IMG/VR virus record: IMGVR_UViG_3300018063_000015
Span: 1-56,611 of that record
Length of the DNA: 56,611 bases
Reading direction: 5' to 3' (one strand)
Source of the DNA: a virus
Taxonomy: Duplodnaviria > Caudoviricetes
Shown here: positions 35,601 through 44,581 of the stretch, in pieces
Layout of the letters: each line of letters begins with the position of its first letter
Numbering within the stretch: the stretch's first letter is position 1
Program-made: the position numbers and the translations under genes
Notes under the pieces: generated by a model
Told to the model about the DNA's origin: nothing
The model's database searches: none
Seen by the model: only the letters and a program-made list of their open reading frames with translations

Positions 35601-36722
35601 CAAGCAAGGCGTGATGCACTAGATGATGAACGTGAACGGCGTAAGCGACAGGAAGATTTAATAGTTGGTCAATTTAAGGATCGACAAGAAGCCGAATTAC
35701 TCACACTTAAAGAGAGCGGGGCAGACCAGAAAACACAAGATGCCCTAAAGCGTAAGCAAGAATTAGAGTTTACAGCATTTAAGCAGCAATTAGACGATCA
35801 AGAAAAGCAACGTAAGCGCGCAGAGGATAAAGCTACACGTGATCGTGAGCGTGCAGAAGCAGCAGCGGAACGTACATTTAGGCAAAAACAAGAGGATGAA
35901 GAAAGAAAGCGTAAGCGTGGACTAGAAGACATTGAGATCAAGTACAAGCAATCACAAGATGCTGCTGCAATGGTCAAGAAACAGCAGATGGAAGAACAAG
36001 ATAGACAGTTTACTGAGCAGCAAAACATAAAGAAGCGTACTTTAGACTTCCAGCTAGAGCACGAAGCACTAGAACGCCGCCTACAAAGCATAGAAGAAGA
36101 ACGTAAGGCACGTGTTAAGGCTATTAACGACGCGCTAGAAGAAAAGAAGAGAGAGATAGCTAAAGATGCTGAAGATGAAGTGCGCAAATATAAGAAAGTT
36201 ATAGAAGAACGTTTAGCCGACTTGTTGGATGCTCTTACAATCAAAGCACCACAGATATATGAAAAGGGTGGAGAGGCTGTACAACCGTTCATAGACGCTT
36301 TGTTTGATCGCTTTAACAGTGAAGCTGAATTTACACTCAATCTATATCGTAGGCTGACAGACGAGCTACAAAATATAACTAATCTACAGACTAGGGTAGC
36401 CCAAACTACACCATATGGTGCACCACGACAAGCTGCTCCACGTGCTTTTCAACAAGGTGGTATAGTACCTGGACCGTGGGGTCAACCACAACTAATACAA
36501 GCACACGGGCAAGAGATAATCTCGGGGTTAAATAACGAATTTATTAACATGGTTGCATCAAAGCTAATACCAATTTTAATGCCATATATTCATGTACCAA
36601 CTAATCGTGGTACAGTAGTGAATAATACTAACTTCACTGTAAATGCTGATTATGCAGAGACGCAAAGTCCAGTAACGTTACGTCAAGATATGCAAGCACT
36701 TATTATGTTGAGTTCTCGATAA
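32676..36722 (+). CDS. Tape measure protein (TP901-like core)
   Basis: 1348 aa; FQTNMQSVAAVT..LRD, LGVLANANIRGSIAGTGLR; Ala/Gly-rich helices; C-terminal FQQGGIVPG..G.PQLIQAHGQE. Confidence 0.93.
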   Translation: MALPAVGAAAVLTGVTAFAAGARTVVAATTGISAGLHALGGVGHIASAALGVLGHGVGILGTVMKVAVAPIAILTTAIVALQAVAATALATIIVHSVKIASEFQTNMQSVAAVTDSTREQLELLRDEVEKVSIVTGTNLREVSAAAFELAKGGVEIETQLGGALKSVVDLTIASGGELGLGNAVKFVAAGIKAFNLDASQAHIVADALTNAAQRSLSSFTDLGVAFTYAASTAVTLGIDIDQLSALLGVLANANIRGSIAGTGLRQAFVSLINPSGEASKALAKYNINLYDSDKATRPVLDVLKDLEDRFGTAAIASKKITEQERNRAIQDIFTSRGANVVLAILGQTVAAYEEFLDVQQRLTASEVATRMLLPLAKQFEILKNTVDVAANRFGEGFIPALSEATRAGLRFMSEAGEPLRKSLTAIALAITDVVAGRGLGEVFQLLGKAGVEAGSSVEKAIRAVLNIMLAMRDAITKDIAPALGTLGEALASTLPTDEAEDRWTSFGTVVSTVIRTISTWIANAIIQVAGLITITQIMGEAFGATGTIIGAFFQAVGASFQAIGSFAVDMAEAVIGGLRAIVDGLGFLVSASDEAITNIIPGFGSFREAARLAATGILQSLATIATGTGATADASADAADRWSINWSEIQRITVEIANATLRAIGNFLRGVGNAIANAADADIPVLSGIARGFQAGANAAAGFAGAVVSMRANVQRGIGDAGARIQALIGDVGGAWEEFGTTTRRVVDNTGAKFDELNARLDRLRALMSKPIDLSDTFQFPERGFNLDNLIQGFGDAKKSAEELNEEVERTDPGPIDDLGKAGKEAADKLSDAVGDVEQALNKLLQDFLELHRNMISKFEEIAIKAETRVAEAIADAAKSIEEANRKASDSIRDLNEQYSLERVIQERKDTLEYALEQEALTYRRYLDALEYAERQHADRIALMRKRIAEDTETAISRAQDAAAQTSRDALDDEKQARRDALDDERERRKRQEDLIVGQFKDRQEAELLTLKESGADQKTQDALKRKQELEFTAFKQQLDDQEKQRKRAEDKATRDRERAEAAAERTFRQKQEDEERKRKRGLEDIEIKYKQSQDAAAMVKKQQMEEQDRQFTEQQNIKKRTLDFQLEHEALERRLQSIEEERKARVKAINDALEEKKREIAKDAEDEVRKYKKVIEERLADLLDALTIKAPQIYEKGGEAVQPFIDALFDRFNSEAEFTLNLYRRLTDELQNITNLQTRVAQTTPYGAPRQAAPRAFQQGGIVPGPWGQPQLIQAHGQEIISGLNNEFINMVASKLIPILMPYIHVPTNRGTVVNNTNFTVNADYAETQSPVTLRQDMQALIMLSSR

Positions 36723-37642
36723 TGCCGCAAGTAGAATCGTTAACATACATAACTCCAGGTGGCACCATTGTTCCTGTTAACTACGACTTGCACGCGCCTG
36801 GTGTGCGTACCGTATTGAGTTACGAAGGTACAGGTATGCCACCTATAGAGTACGTTACACAGCGCGGTCCAGCACAGCATGGTGAATCACTAATAGATTT
36901 CTTCTTGAAACCACGTATTATACAATTGTTAATTCGTGGCAAGAATTGCAGCAGAACCGATTATTGGGCCAGCCGTGCTGAGTTACTAGAGCGCATTAGA
37001 CCTAATAGACAGGGTTTAAACTCGTTAAACATGGGTACTTTAAGATGGTGCCAAAGCGATGGTACGTTTAGAAGTATAGATTGCCTTATACAGGATGGTC
37101 CTGCGTTTGTAGCACGCAATCCACGTCAGTGGGCTGAGTGGTCGTGGCAAGAAGTGCTACGATTCATTGCGTTTAACCCCATATTCTATAATCCTACATT
37201 GAATCAATTTACATATGTTGCAACAGCGTCACAACTTCTTTTTCCTATTACATTTCCAATTCAGTTTAGTGCAACCAATTCGAGTAGCAACTTTACATAT
37301 AATGGCACTTGGCCTGAATACCCACAATTTATAGTTAGTGGCCCATTTGATAGTTTTACTGTAACAAACAATACTACTGGTGAACACTTAACGCTTGCCT
37401 GTCAAGTTTTAGCTGGTGAAAACATAACTATAACTCTTACATATGGTGCTAAGACCGTAATACTGGGTGCTGATACCAATAAAATTGGATGCCTAACACT
37501 AGACAGCGATCTAGACACATTTCACTTGGAACCGCATCCAGGCGCAAATAATGGAGTTAATAATTTAACATTTACATTTGCTGGTGCTGGCGGTAGCACA
37601 AGTGTATTCATGTTTTGGCGCGATCGCTACATAGGAATGTGA
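36722..37642 (+). CDS. Distal tail protein (Dit)
   Basis: Directly after TMP; GTGMPP, KPRIIQL, F.AFNPIFY, LFPITFPI, NGT..EYP and L.PG.N.LTF. Confidence 0.8.
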   Translation: MPQVESLTYITPGGTIVPVNYDLHAPGVRTVLSYEGTGMPPIEYVTQRGPAQHGESLIDFFLKPRIIQLLIRGKNCSRTDYWASRAELLERIRPNRQGLNSLNMGTLRWCQSDGTFRSIDCLIQDGPAFVARNPRQWAEWSWQEVLRFIAFNPIFYNPTLNQFTYVATASQLLFPITFPIQFSATNSSSNFTYNGTWPEYPQFIVSGPFDSFTVTNNTTGEHLTLACQVLAGENITITLTYGAKTVILGADTNKIGCLTLDSDLDTFHLEPHPGANNGVNNLTFTFAGAGGSTSVFMFWRDRYIGM

Positions 37643-37643
37643 A

Positions 37644-38564
37644 ATGACGGAACGCAGTCGCTTCTGGGATGGTACAGCTACAGGCGATGCTACAATAGCA
37701 CCGTATGATGCTGGTACAGAATTTGCACAAGTATTAATGTCAATTAGTCAAGCTAATGGTATACCGACAGATCGCAGTTATGTATTTACTGATGAATTAA
37801 ATGAATTGGTGCCTACGGGGGCAGCTAGCCCAGTTAGTATAGGTACTGGTCGTGCGTTAGTATATGGTAACTGGTACGAAAACGACTCTGCTGTATCAGT
37901 AGTTATTCCTACACCTGCTGCATCTACAAGAATAGATAGAATAGTTGCACGTAAAGGATGGGCGGCACAAACTGTACGTATTACACGTATAGCTGGTACA
38001 GAAGGTGGCGGTGCACCAGCTATAACACAAACTGCTGGCACAACGTGGGATATGCCAATTTGTCAAGCTAGTATTACAACTGGTGGTGTGATAACAATAA
38101 CGGATGAACGCGATTTTTTAACCACTAGTCGTGAAATAGTGCCGTGTGCAAGGGCATATCATAATGTCTCCCAATCTATTGCAAATAGTACGATTACCGT
38201 ATTAGCACTTAATTCAGAAGATTTTGATACAAATGGATTTCATAGTACTACTAGTCGAATGACTATTCCATCAGATATGGCTGGTGTCTATTTGATAATT
38301 GCAAATATGCAGTGGGCTGCAAATACAACTGGTCTGCGGCAATGTTTTATATTATTAAATGGTGCAAATCAAATTGCTAAATCCGAAATGGAACCAGCCA
38401 CAACTGGCTTTACAACACACGCATTAAGTACAATTTATAATGCTGCCGTTGGAGATTATTTTGAAATACAAGTTCAACAAGCTAGTGGTGGTCCATTAGA
38501 TGCAAGAGGTGACGCTCCCGCAGCACCAATGCTACAGATTGTACGATTGGGGACATTATCATAA
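37644..38564 (+). CDS. Minor tail / receptor-binding protein with a C1q/TNF-like C-terminus
   Basis: RIDRIVAR baseplate-type N-terminus; ARAYH..Q...FDTNG...MTIP..AGVYLI C-terminal head. Confidence 0.7.
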   Translation: MTERSRFWDGTATGDATIAPYDAGTEFAQVLMSISQANGIPTDRSYVFTDELNELVPTGAASPVSIGTGRALVYGNWYENDSAVSVVIPTPAASTRIDRIVARKGWAAQTVRITRIAGTEGGGAPAITQTAGTTWDMPICQASITTGGVITITDERDFLTTSREIVPCARAYHNVSQSIANSTITVLALNSEDFDTNGFHSTTSRMTIPSDMAGVYLIIANMQWAANTTGLRQCFILLNGANQIAKSEMEPATTGFTTHALSTIYNAAVGDYFEIQVQQASGGPLDARGDAPAAPMLQIVRLGTLS

Positions 38565-39226
38565 TGCCTGAATTTGGTAGACTAGAAGCAATTGATCAAC
38601 GTGATCGACTACATGCAATGCCATCGTTAATAGCTACTAGAACTAAGATGTTCTGGATAACTGGTCCTGTGCTTAATCAAGGTAGCTATCCGCACTGCGT
38701 TGGATACGCTTGGAAACAGTTTCTACAGACTACACCACGTCGCACACTAGTGGGGCCTAATGGCACCGATATATACAGAGAAGCACAATACATAGATGAA
38801 TGGCCTGGTGAGAGTTATGACGGCACTAGCGTGCGTGCTGGAGCTAAAGTCTTAAATAATCGTAGTTATTTGAGCGAATACGTTTGGGGCTATAGCGTAG
38901 ATGTTATACGTGACTTTGTGCTAATGCGTGGACCCGCCGTATTAGGCTCAGCGTGGCATCAAGGTATGATGAATCCAGACGTAAATGGTTGGGTGTATCC
39001 AGTTGGTCCTATAATGGGTGGTCATGCTTACGTGGCATGTGGTTATTCTGCGGTACGCAACGCATTTAGATGTATAAATAGTTGGGGCCTACAATGGGGG
39101 CAGAAAGGTAAGTTCTGGTTGCATAGAGATGACTTACAGGTACTATTAAATTCAGGCGGAGAAGCGTGCTCCGCAATAGAGAAGAAAAGTGCTTTGCCTA
39201 GCTTTAGCAATGTTAATGCTGGTTAA
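38564..39226 (+). CDS. Papain-like (C1) cysteine peptidase
   Basis: NQGSYPHCVGYAW, GGHAY and NSWG..WG..G motifs (catalytic Cys/His/Asn). Confidence 0.88.
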   Translation: MPEFGRLEAIDQRDRLHAMPSLIATRTKMFWITGPVLNQGSYPHCVGYAWKQFLQTTPRRTLVGPNGTDIYREAQYIDEWPGESYDGTSVRAGAKVLNNRSYLSEYVWGYSVDVIRDFVLMRGPAVLGSAWHQGMMNPDVNGWVYPVGPIMGGHAYVACGYSAVRNAFRCINSWGLQWGQKGKFWLHRDDLQVLLNSGGEACSAIEKKSALPSFSNVNAG

Positions 39227-39500
39227 TAGCATACGTGAAGAGCCGTTACAGTTTGATTACAGTATGCTAGACTACGCAAATGCTAGAGCAGAAGCACAAT
39301 CAGGTCCACTCTTTTCACACGAAGGCGCTTTATATGCTGAAACTATAGTTGGCTCTATGACTGTAGAAGGTGCATTTGAGGCCCTAACTAACAGCCCAGA
39401 ACACCACAATATCCTTGTAGACAATCGGTTCACAAGAATAGCAATAGGAGTAGCACAACGTGATGGTTATATTGTGTTCGTACAGGTACTACTAGAGTGA
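39189..39500 (+). CDS. CAP (SCP) domain protein with a signal-like N-terminus
   Basis: FSH, AETI, NSPEHHNIL...FTRIAIGVA and VQVL. Confidence 0.75.
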   Translation: MLCLALAMLMLVNSIREEPLQFDYSMLDYANARAEAQSGPLFSHEGALYAETIVGSMTVEGAFEALTNSPEHHNILVDNRFTRIAIGVAQRDGYIVFVQVLLE

Positions 39501-39841
39501 CACCAGAATTTATGAGTACAGTTCTAGCTCCATTACTTAACTTTGGTGCAATAGGTATTCTTGCCATATTGTTATGGTTTCAACTTGGACAGGCAAGAGA
39601 AGAACGTATAAAAATACAAGAGCAACATAATATTACAATGGAAAAGCAGTCTAATACTTATGCCGATATGGTAAAAGAAGGCACTAAAGCAACTATGGAA
39701 GCAGCTATGTCAACACGCGAAGCTGCAACTGCTATGCACGAACTTGCAGCAAGCGTAAAGGAGTTGTCAACCACTCAAGTACAAGAACGCAAGGAAGTTT
39801 TAGAAGAAATAAGACGAGCAGTGAAAGGAAACGGAAGATGA
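39497..39841 (+). CDS. Holin-like protein (one N-terminal TM helix plus coiled coil, BhlA/UviB-like)
   Basis: LLNFGAIGILAILLWF followed by a charged helix; lies in the lysis cassette. Confidence 0.55.
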   Translation: MTPEFMSTVLAPLLNFGAIGILAILLWFQLGQAREERIKIQEQHNITMEKQSNTYADMVKEGTKATMEAAMSTREAATAMHELAASVKELSTTQVQERKEVLEEIRRAVKGNGR

Positions 39842-40050
39842 CCTATTCAATACAGTATGGACTAGCTGTAGGAGTCTCACTAGCAAGCGTAGCAGTGGGT
39901 GTTATCTTGAATACACCTGCCGCTAATTTAGGGATAAGCCCAATTGTGGCAGAATGGTTTAAGGTAATACTGCCTGTATTGTCTGTACTAGCTGGTATTT
40001 TACCATCAGTACGTCGCCCCCCAGAAGAAGCACGTAGAGGCAAAGATTAG
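39838..40050 (+). CDS. Putative holin (2 TM)
   Basis: Two hydrophobic helices and a basic C-terminus, directly before the lysin genes. Confidence 0.6.
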   Translation: MTYSIQYGLAVGVSLASVAVGVILNTPAANLGISPIVAEWFKVILPVLSVLAGILPSVRRPPEEARRGKD

Positions 40051-40920
40051 TTGTTAGGAACTAATGTAGATCATAGGCATTGGACTAACATGCGTGCACT
40101 TGCACGCGATGTAGCTGCTAGCGGTGCTAAAGTAGTACGCACTGTGCTAAAGCCTGACGACCATTTAATAATACCCTGGATAACTGCGTGCCGTAGCCGT
40201 GATATTAAAGTATTAGGTGTACTTGCTCGTGAAAGTGGTGACTTCAATCAATATATACATTTACCATTGGACTACTGGCAGATTGGTAACGAGACTGACA
40301 ATCCTGATGGTGAGGCGTCGTGGTACCAGACTCATGACGAGATAAACGATCTAATACGCGCTGTGCGGCTCGCTTTGCCTCACGCCTACCTAATCGGTCC
40401 AGGACTCGTGACAGGCGCCCCAGCGTGGCTAAATGGCCTTGATCTGACGGTACTGGACGCAATCGCGGCGCACTTCTACGGCGACATCCTGATAGATGTC
40501 TACAAAGACGCGGCGCCGCATTTAGACTTATGGGTAACTGAGTTTCCATGGGCTGAAACAGCGTATGATATAGCAAGTCATCCTAGCGTTAAAGGTGCCT
40601 GTCACTTTTGTTGGTCAAACGTAATGCACCCTGATTATGGACTTATTGAGCGACCAGAAGCATATAGTGTGTTCAAGCAAGCGACTTACAAGCTAATGGA
40701 GGGCAAAATGGCTGGATTAAACGTCGGACAAGGTTTGTGGGATTATGTACTAAGTAAGGGTGATCAGGCTAATCGTGATAGTAGATTTACAACTAATCAA
40801 AATGGTACTACGCTAGAAGAAGTGTGGGGTTCGTTAGGCTACTATTATTGTAGTAACGCTACTGGTAGCGATGGTGAACTTGGTGACTTGGAGTATTACG
40901 GCCCTTTTGGGGGACAGTAG
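40051..40920 (+). CDS. Clan GH-A glycoside hydrolase, probable endolysin, with a C-terminal 70-aa module
   Basis: WQIGNE acid/base and LWVTEF nucleophile motifs, DAIAAHFY; internal GGAGG RBS and ATG at 40708. Confidence 0.75.
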   Translation: MLGTNVDHRHWTNMRALARDVAASGAKVVRTVLKPDDHLIIPWITACRSRDIKVLGVLARESGDFNQYIHLPLDYWQIGNETDNPDGEASWYQTHDEINDLIRAVRLALPHAYLIGPGLVTGAPAWLNGLDLTVLDAIAAHFYGDILIDVYKDAAPHLDLWVTEFPWAETAYDIASHPSVKGACHFCWSNVMHPDYGLIERPEAYSVFKQATYKLMEGKMAGLNVGQGLWDYVLSKGDQANRDSRFTTNQNGTTLEEVWGSLGYYYCSNATGSDGELGDLEYYGPFGGQ

Positions 40921-40936
40921 GAATTACGCCTACTGT
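40902..40936 (+). other. -1 programmed ribosomal frameshift signal
   Basis: Slippery heptamer C CCT TTT (40902-40908) in the GH frame, 5-nt spacer, then stem-loop ACAGTAGG-AATTACG-CCTACTGT. Confidence 0.7.
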
Positions 40937-41393
40937 ATTATACGTACCTGGTAACGTGTTGCACACGTTTGCACACCCACCTCAAGGTATTATATTTCAT
41001 TCTACACGTAGTGGCCAATCATGGGATGTAAATAAAGAATTTGAAGTTACTGTTAATTATGTTAAGAATGGTGCGGCAGGATTAGGATGGAATGCAACTA
41101 TAGGCAACAATGTAGTTGCGATACATGGTCCATCTGACAAATGGGGTTGGAATGCACGAATGCATAGCCGAGACTATCTAGCTATAGAGTTTGCTCAAGC
41201 TAAACTGGGCGATACAATTACCGATGCACAAATAGAAGCGGCAGCTTATTACATTAAGAATTACTGCCAAGGTGTTCCATATTACTTCCCAGAACATAGA
41301 GAATTGCCAGCAGGTATAGCTGACGGTAAATCAGACATAGGTGCAGATCAACACGTACCGGAACGTGTTAAGCTAAAGCTACTGCAAACATAA
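40908..41393 (+). CDS. N-acetylmuramoyl-L-alanine amidase (Amidase_2) domain, probably expressed as a -1 frameshift fusion
   Basis: GIIFHSTRS, WNA, LAIEFAQ, ITDAQIEAAA, EHRE and GKSD Zn-amidase motifs. The frame is open from 40887; there is no RBS before GTG 40956. Confidence 0.8.
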   Translation, partial: WGTVGITPTVLYVPGNVLHTFAHPPQGIIFHSTRSGQSWDVNKEFEVTVNYVKNGAAGLGWNATIGNNVVAIHGPSDKWGWNARMHSRDYLAIEFAQAKLGDTITDAQIEAAAYYIKNYCQGVPYYFPEHRELPAGIADGKSDIGADQHVPERVKLKLLQT

Positions 41394-41655
41394 GTCTACA
41401 AAACGCATGCCCTAAATGGTCATCTTCTTTATTGCCAGATAAGTAAGCGAATATATGTGTCATAGCATGGTCTAAGTGGTCATCCACTGATATCTTACGC
41501 CAGTTGCCTTTGCCATACTTTTCACGTCCTGTATATAAGATATTAGCCAATCGAAACATAGCACTTGCGTCTAGTTCCGTAAATGCAAAGTGCAATTCAG
41601 ATTGAGAGCCACCCTGTTCATTAATGACTATTGATGTATCTGGGCCTAAATTCAT
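41368..41655 (-). CDS. dATP/dGTP diphosphohydrolase-like domain protein (DUF5664)
   Basis: LA.IL..G.EKYG..NWRK....HLDHA..H..AY..G..EDDHLGHA.C.LMF. Confidence 0.8.
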   Translation of the reverse strand: MNLGPDTSIVINEQGGSQSELHFAFTELDASAMFRLANILYTGREKYGKGNWRKISVDDHLDHAMTHIFAYLSGNKEDDHLGHAFCRLMFAVALA

Positions 41656-41966
41656 CCGTTATATACCAATCTGTAGTTGCCCTTTGGCACGTTGTGTATG
41701 GTAAATCCCTTTGGTAATACCTTTCGCAATATCCATACCCTTTTCAACATAATAGTATAATCTATGTCTATATCCTCAAACGATATACAAGCTGGATATT
41801 TGAAGATTAAGGCAACAAGCAGCCTCCTTATTCTTGATTCTAAATGTATTTGTTCGTTTATATACCATATATCACCGTATATGTCACTGTATAATGGACC
41901 TACACTCCAACAGCCACGTGTGGCAGCAAGTAGCTGTCTATTAGTTGGTTCAAAGCTGGACGACAC
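41652..41966 (-). CDS. OmpR-like winged-helix protein
   Basis: LLVALI......ISFEDI....VWILRKVL....IHNVPKGNYRL. Confidence 0.6.
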   Translation of the reverse strand: MSSSFEPTNRQLLAATRGCWSVGPLYSDIYGDIWYINEQIHLESRIRRLLVALIFKYPACISFEDIDIDYTIMLKRVWILRKVLPKGFTIHNVPKGNYRLVYNG

Positions 41967-42213
41967 CTAAAAATGTCCAATCTTCATTCTTGTTTCCAAT
42001 TGGATTCAACCCTTCTTTAACACGTTCAATATTCATTTTTATTGCATCAATCCAAGTTTCACCGTGTATGTCTGCATACTTTTGTGACTTTTCTAGTAGA
42101 TTTAGCGCAGCTTCCTTAGTACCTAGTAAAGCCCATGCTTGTAGTGCTAGTGTTTCTAGCTGAACAGCCAGCTCAAGAGAATTGTAGTCTCTTAAATCTA
42201 ATATGTTATCCAC
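41950..42213 (-). CDS. Hypothetical protein
   Basis: ORF track; coupled to its neighbours. Confidence 0.6.
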   Translation of the reverse strand: MDNILDLRDYNSLELAVQLETLALQAWALLGTKEAALNLLEKSQKYADIHGETWIDAIKMNIERVKEGLNPIGNKNEDWTFLGVVQL

Positions 42214-42312
42214 AAATCACTGGCCTCGTTAGCATTATCACCTTTTCTATCACGAATGCAATGCCCAGAACCACAAATCCTACTATACCTATTGCATACC
42301 CTTGTGTCTTTG

Positions 42313-42648
42313 TCATAATTGCCCCCTATTGGCTACAGACAAAGTGTTCAATTCATCAAGCAGGTTTAATACTACTTCTGGAGTCTCTTTATCCTCTGAA
42401 TACGGATGCTCTATTGGATCAACTAATCCTAATATTATCATGGCTAGCCACCGCCAGTGATTTGCTGTACCTTCTATTTGACATGACTCGTCTTTCCCGT
42501 ATCCTGTCCACCACCAGTCATAGTCAGTTCGCTGCAAATGTACACGTTTAGCAGCATTTATGTGTTCTGGCATTTGTTCTTTAGCTTTTATATAACGTTC
42601 TCGTATTGCCTCTCGCTCTCTTGGGCTCATTGAAGTTACTCCGATCAT
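42313..42648 (-). CDS. Hypothetical protein
   Basis: ORF track; ATGA coupling. Confidence 0.6.
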   Translation of the reverse strand: MIGVTSMSPREREAIRERYIKAKEQMPEHINAAKRVHLQRTDYDWWWTGYGKDESCQIEGTANHWRWLAMIILGLVDPIEHPYSEDKETPEVVLNLLDELNTLSVANRGQL

Positions 42649-43844
42649 GGTGGAGATAAATCCTGTCTTACTTCTATAGATCTTAGCCTGCTATTGATAT
42701 TCATGAGTATTTGACGCAACGAATCTGGGTCTGTTGATGTATCACTATGTTGGAAAGTGATTTTCTCTTTACCTTCTGCTACGTGTACTGAGGCTTCAAC
42801 TAGTCTCTTATTATGATCCTCCCTTTCATCAAATTTAAATGTTGTTATATCGCCAAAGAAGTAATCACGTCCATAACGAGAACCACCAGTTTGTAACACC
42901 TCAAATGAGCAATTATCCTTAGCTGCTAATGTAATTAGCTCTGAATCTCCTTCTAATTGTAATGCTGTTACTGTACTACTATTGCGTGCATCGTGCGTTT
43001 TCTCTATTTTATTCCAAGGACTTAATCCTTGTGCTGTCAAATTATCACGTATTTCAACTGCACGAGCTAAGTCTTGTCCTTGACCCAATACTATTATGCT
43101 ATTGACTTCCTCCGTGCGACTTACGATGAAGTTTGGATTAACCATGTTACCAAAACCTGTACTAAATATTACAGGTGGTAATACTGATTGTTGAGTTGAT
43201 CTGTCGGATGCAAACGTGCTACTACATTGAAATGTGAATATTATACCATCTTTAGTTATCCAAAAGAATACACCAGTAGCTTCTGTAATCTTTCTAAGCA
43301 CGTCAAGTAAGTTTTGATAAGACACGGAACCATTCCATGTGTCTCCTGTGCCAACGTCTGGTGAAATAACTAGCCCTGGCGTTATACCATCTTGTAATCT
43401 ACCTCCACTTACTAATGCATTTGGACCAGCATTCTCGTCTACAAATGACTTTATTACAGTTTCTGCTGGTCCTGACTTTGTGGCACGTGCATGGGTGACT
43501 TTATATAGAATAGATCGTCTATTTAATAAATCTTCATAAGTCCTACCATAGCTAGTATATAGCTTTAATCCTCGTGCAGATATTGTACGTTGTAATGTGC
43601 GATGGAAGCCACTATAATCTAAGTATTCAGCTATACCAGCAGCAAGATCACTACGATGTACTTCAATAAAGTTGTCTGGTGCCAATGTTATTTCTGGATC
43701 AGGCATGGAATTAGCATGAAAGCTAATTGTATGTGACCCAAAGCCGTTGATGGTTCTACTATAGTTTAAGGCATTGAAATCATTGGTTTCAAAGAGCAGA
43801 GTGTTAGCAGTATTTAGTATGCGTACCTTATATCTAACAGGCAT
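42645..43844 (-). CDS. Siphovirus minor tail / baseplate hub protein (ReqiPepy6 Gp37-like)
   Basis: L.Y.R.ING.G, YEDLL.RR, GPAETVIK..V, YQNLLDVL, VIFS..FGNM, V.GQG...R and YGRDYF.GDI. Confidence 0.8.
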   Translation of the reverse strand: MPVRYKVRILNTANTLLFETNDFNALNYSRTINGFGSHTISFHANSMPDPEITLAPDNFIEVHRSDLAAGIAEYLDYSGFHRTLQRTISARGLKLYTSYGRTYEDLLNRRSILYKVTHARATKSGPAETVIKSFVDENAGPNALVSGGRLQDGITPGLVISPDVGTGDTWNGSVSYQNLLDVLRKITEATGVFFWITKDGIIFTFQCSSTFASDRSTQQSVLPPVIFSTGFGNMVNPNFIVSRTEEVNSIIVLGQGQDLARAVEIRDNLTAQGLSPWNKIEKTHDARNSSTVTALQLEGDSELITLAAKDNCSFEVLQTGGSRYGRDYFFGDITTFKFDEREDHNKRLVEASVHVAEGKEKITFQHSDTSTDPDSLRQILMNINSRLRSIEVRQDLSPP

Positions 43845-43845
43845 T

Positions 43846-43987
43846 TCATTTCCTTATAATTGCTATTACAGATATCCCTCTTTTTATTTCCAACAGAGTT
43901 GCGTTATGATTGGCCTCAAATACCACCAGAGCTGCAAATCTGCATTGTGCTATACCAGAATAATCCCCACCAGCAGCAACTGTCATG
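43846..43987 (-). CDS. Small hypothetical protein
   Basis: 3' part of track ORF 43846-44139; the upstream portion overlaps dcd, so the start is uncertain. Confidence 0.3.
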
Positions 43988-44011
43988 CCATAATAATTAG
44001 TCATTCTAAAG

Positions 44012-44581
44012 TTAAACTCTTGCGGGAGTGATTCCAGTTGTGGATTGATATTTTCCATGTTTATCAGCGTAGCTCCTTTCACATACACTATCAGACTCAA
44101 AAAAGCAAAGTGATATAATACCCTCGTTGGCATAAACACGTGCGGGTAGTTGTGTAGTATTTGTAATTTCTATTGTTATTACACCCTCCCATTCTGGTTC
44201 TAGTGGAGTAACATTTGCTATGATTGCACAGCGTGCATATGTACTCTTTCCAATACACAGTACACGCACGCTTCTAGGAATGCGAAAATATTCCACACTA
44301 CGAGCAAGTACAAATGCATGTGGTGGAATTAAGCATATCTCTCCAACAAATGACGCTGTATATCTATATCCATTGTTTTTAGGATCAATCTCTGAAGTGT
44401 GGATATAATCAGGCTGAAATATTTCAAATGTATTACCTAATCTAACATCATATCCATAGCTATCTAAACCATAACTAATGACACCTTTTGGACACTCATC
44501 GTAATCCACAAAAGGACTAATCATGCGATTAGTGAGAACTTGTTCTCGTATCCAAGTATCATTCTTAATCACGTACTGCAA
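44012..44581 (-). CDS. dcd: dCTP deaminase
   Basis: ISYGLDSYGYDVRL, GKSTYARC, VTPLEPEWEG.ITIE, YANEGI and GKYQ. Confidence 0.95.
   Translation of the reverse strand: MQYVIKNDTWIREQVLTNRMISPFVDYDECPKGVISYGLDSYGYDVRLGNTFEIFQPDYIHTSEIDPKNNGYRYTASFVGEICLIPPHAFVLARSVEYFRIPRSVRVLCIGKSTYARCAIIANVTPLEPEWEGVITIEITNTTQLPARVYANEGIISLCFFESDSVCERSYADKHGKYQSTTGITPARV

Noticed and set aside
32645-36340. Several minus-strand ORFs inside the tape measure gene (and similar antisense ORFs genome-wide)
   Set aside because: Shadow frames of long, well-supported genes, with no RBS or recognisable motifs
41368-41655. Z-genome (2-aminoadenine) system
   Set aside because: DUF5664 alone is insufficient; no PurZ or HD-type dATPase is seen in the window
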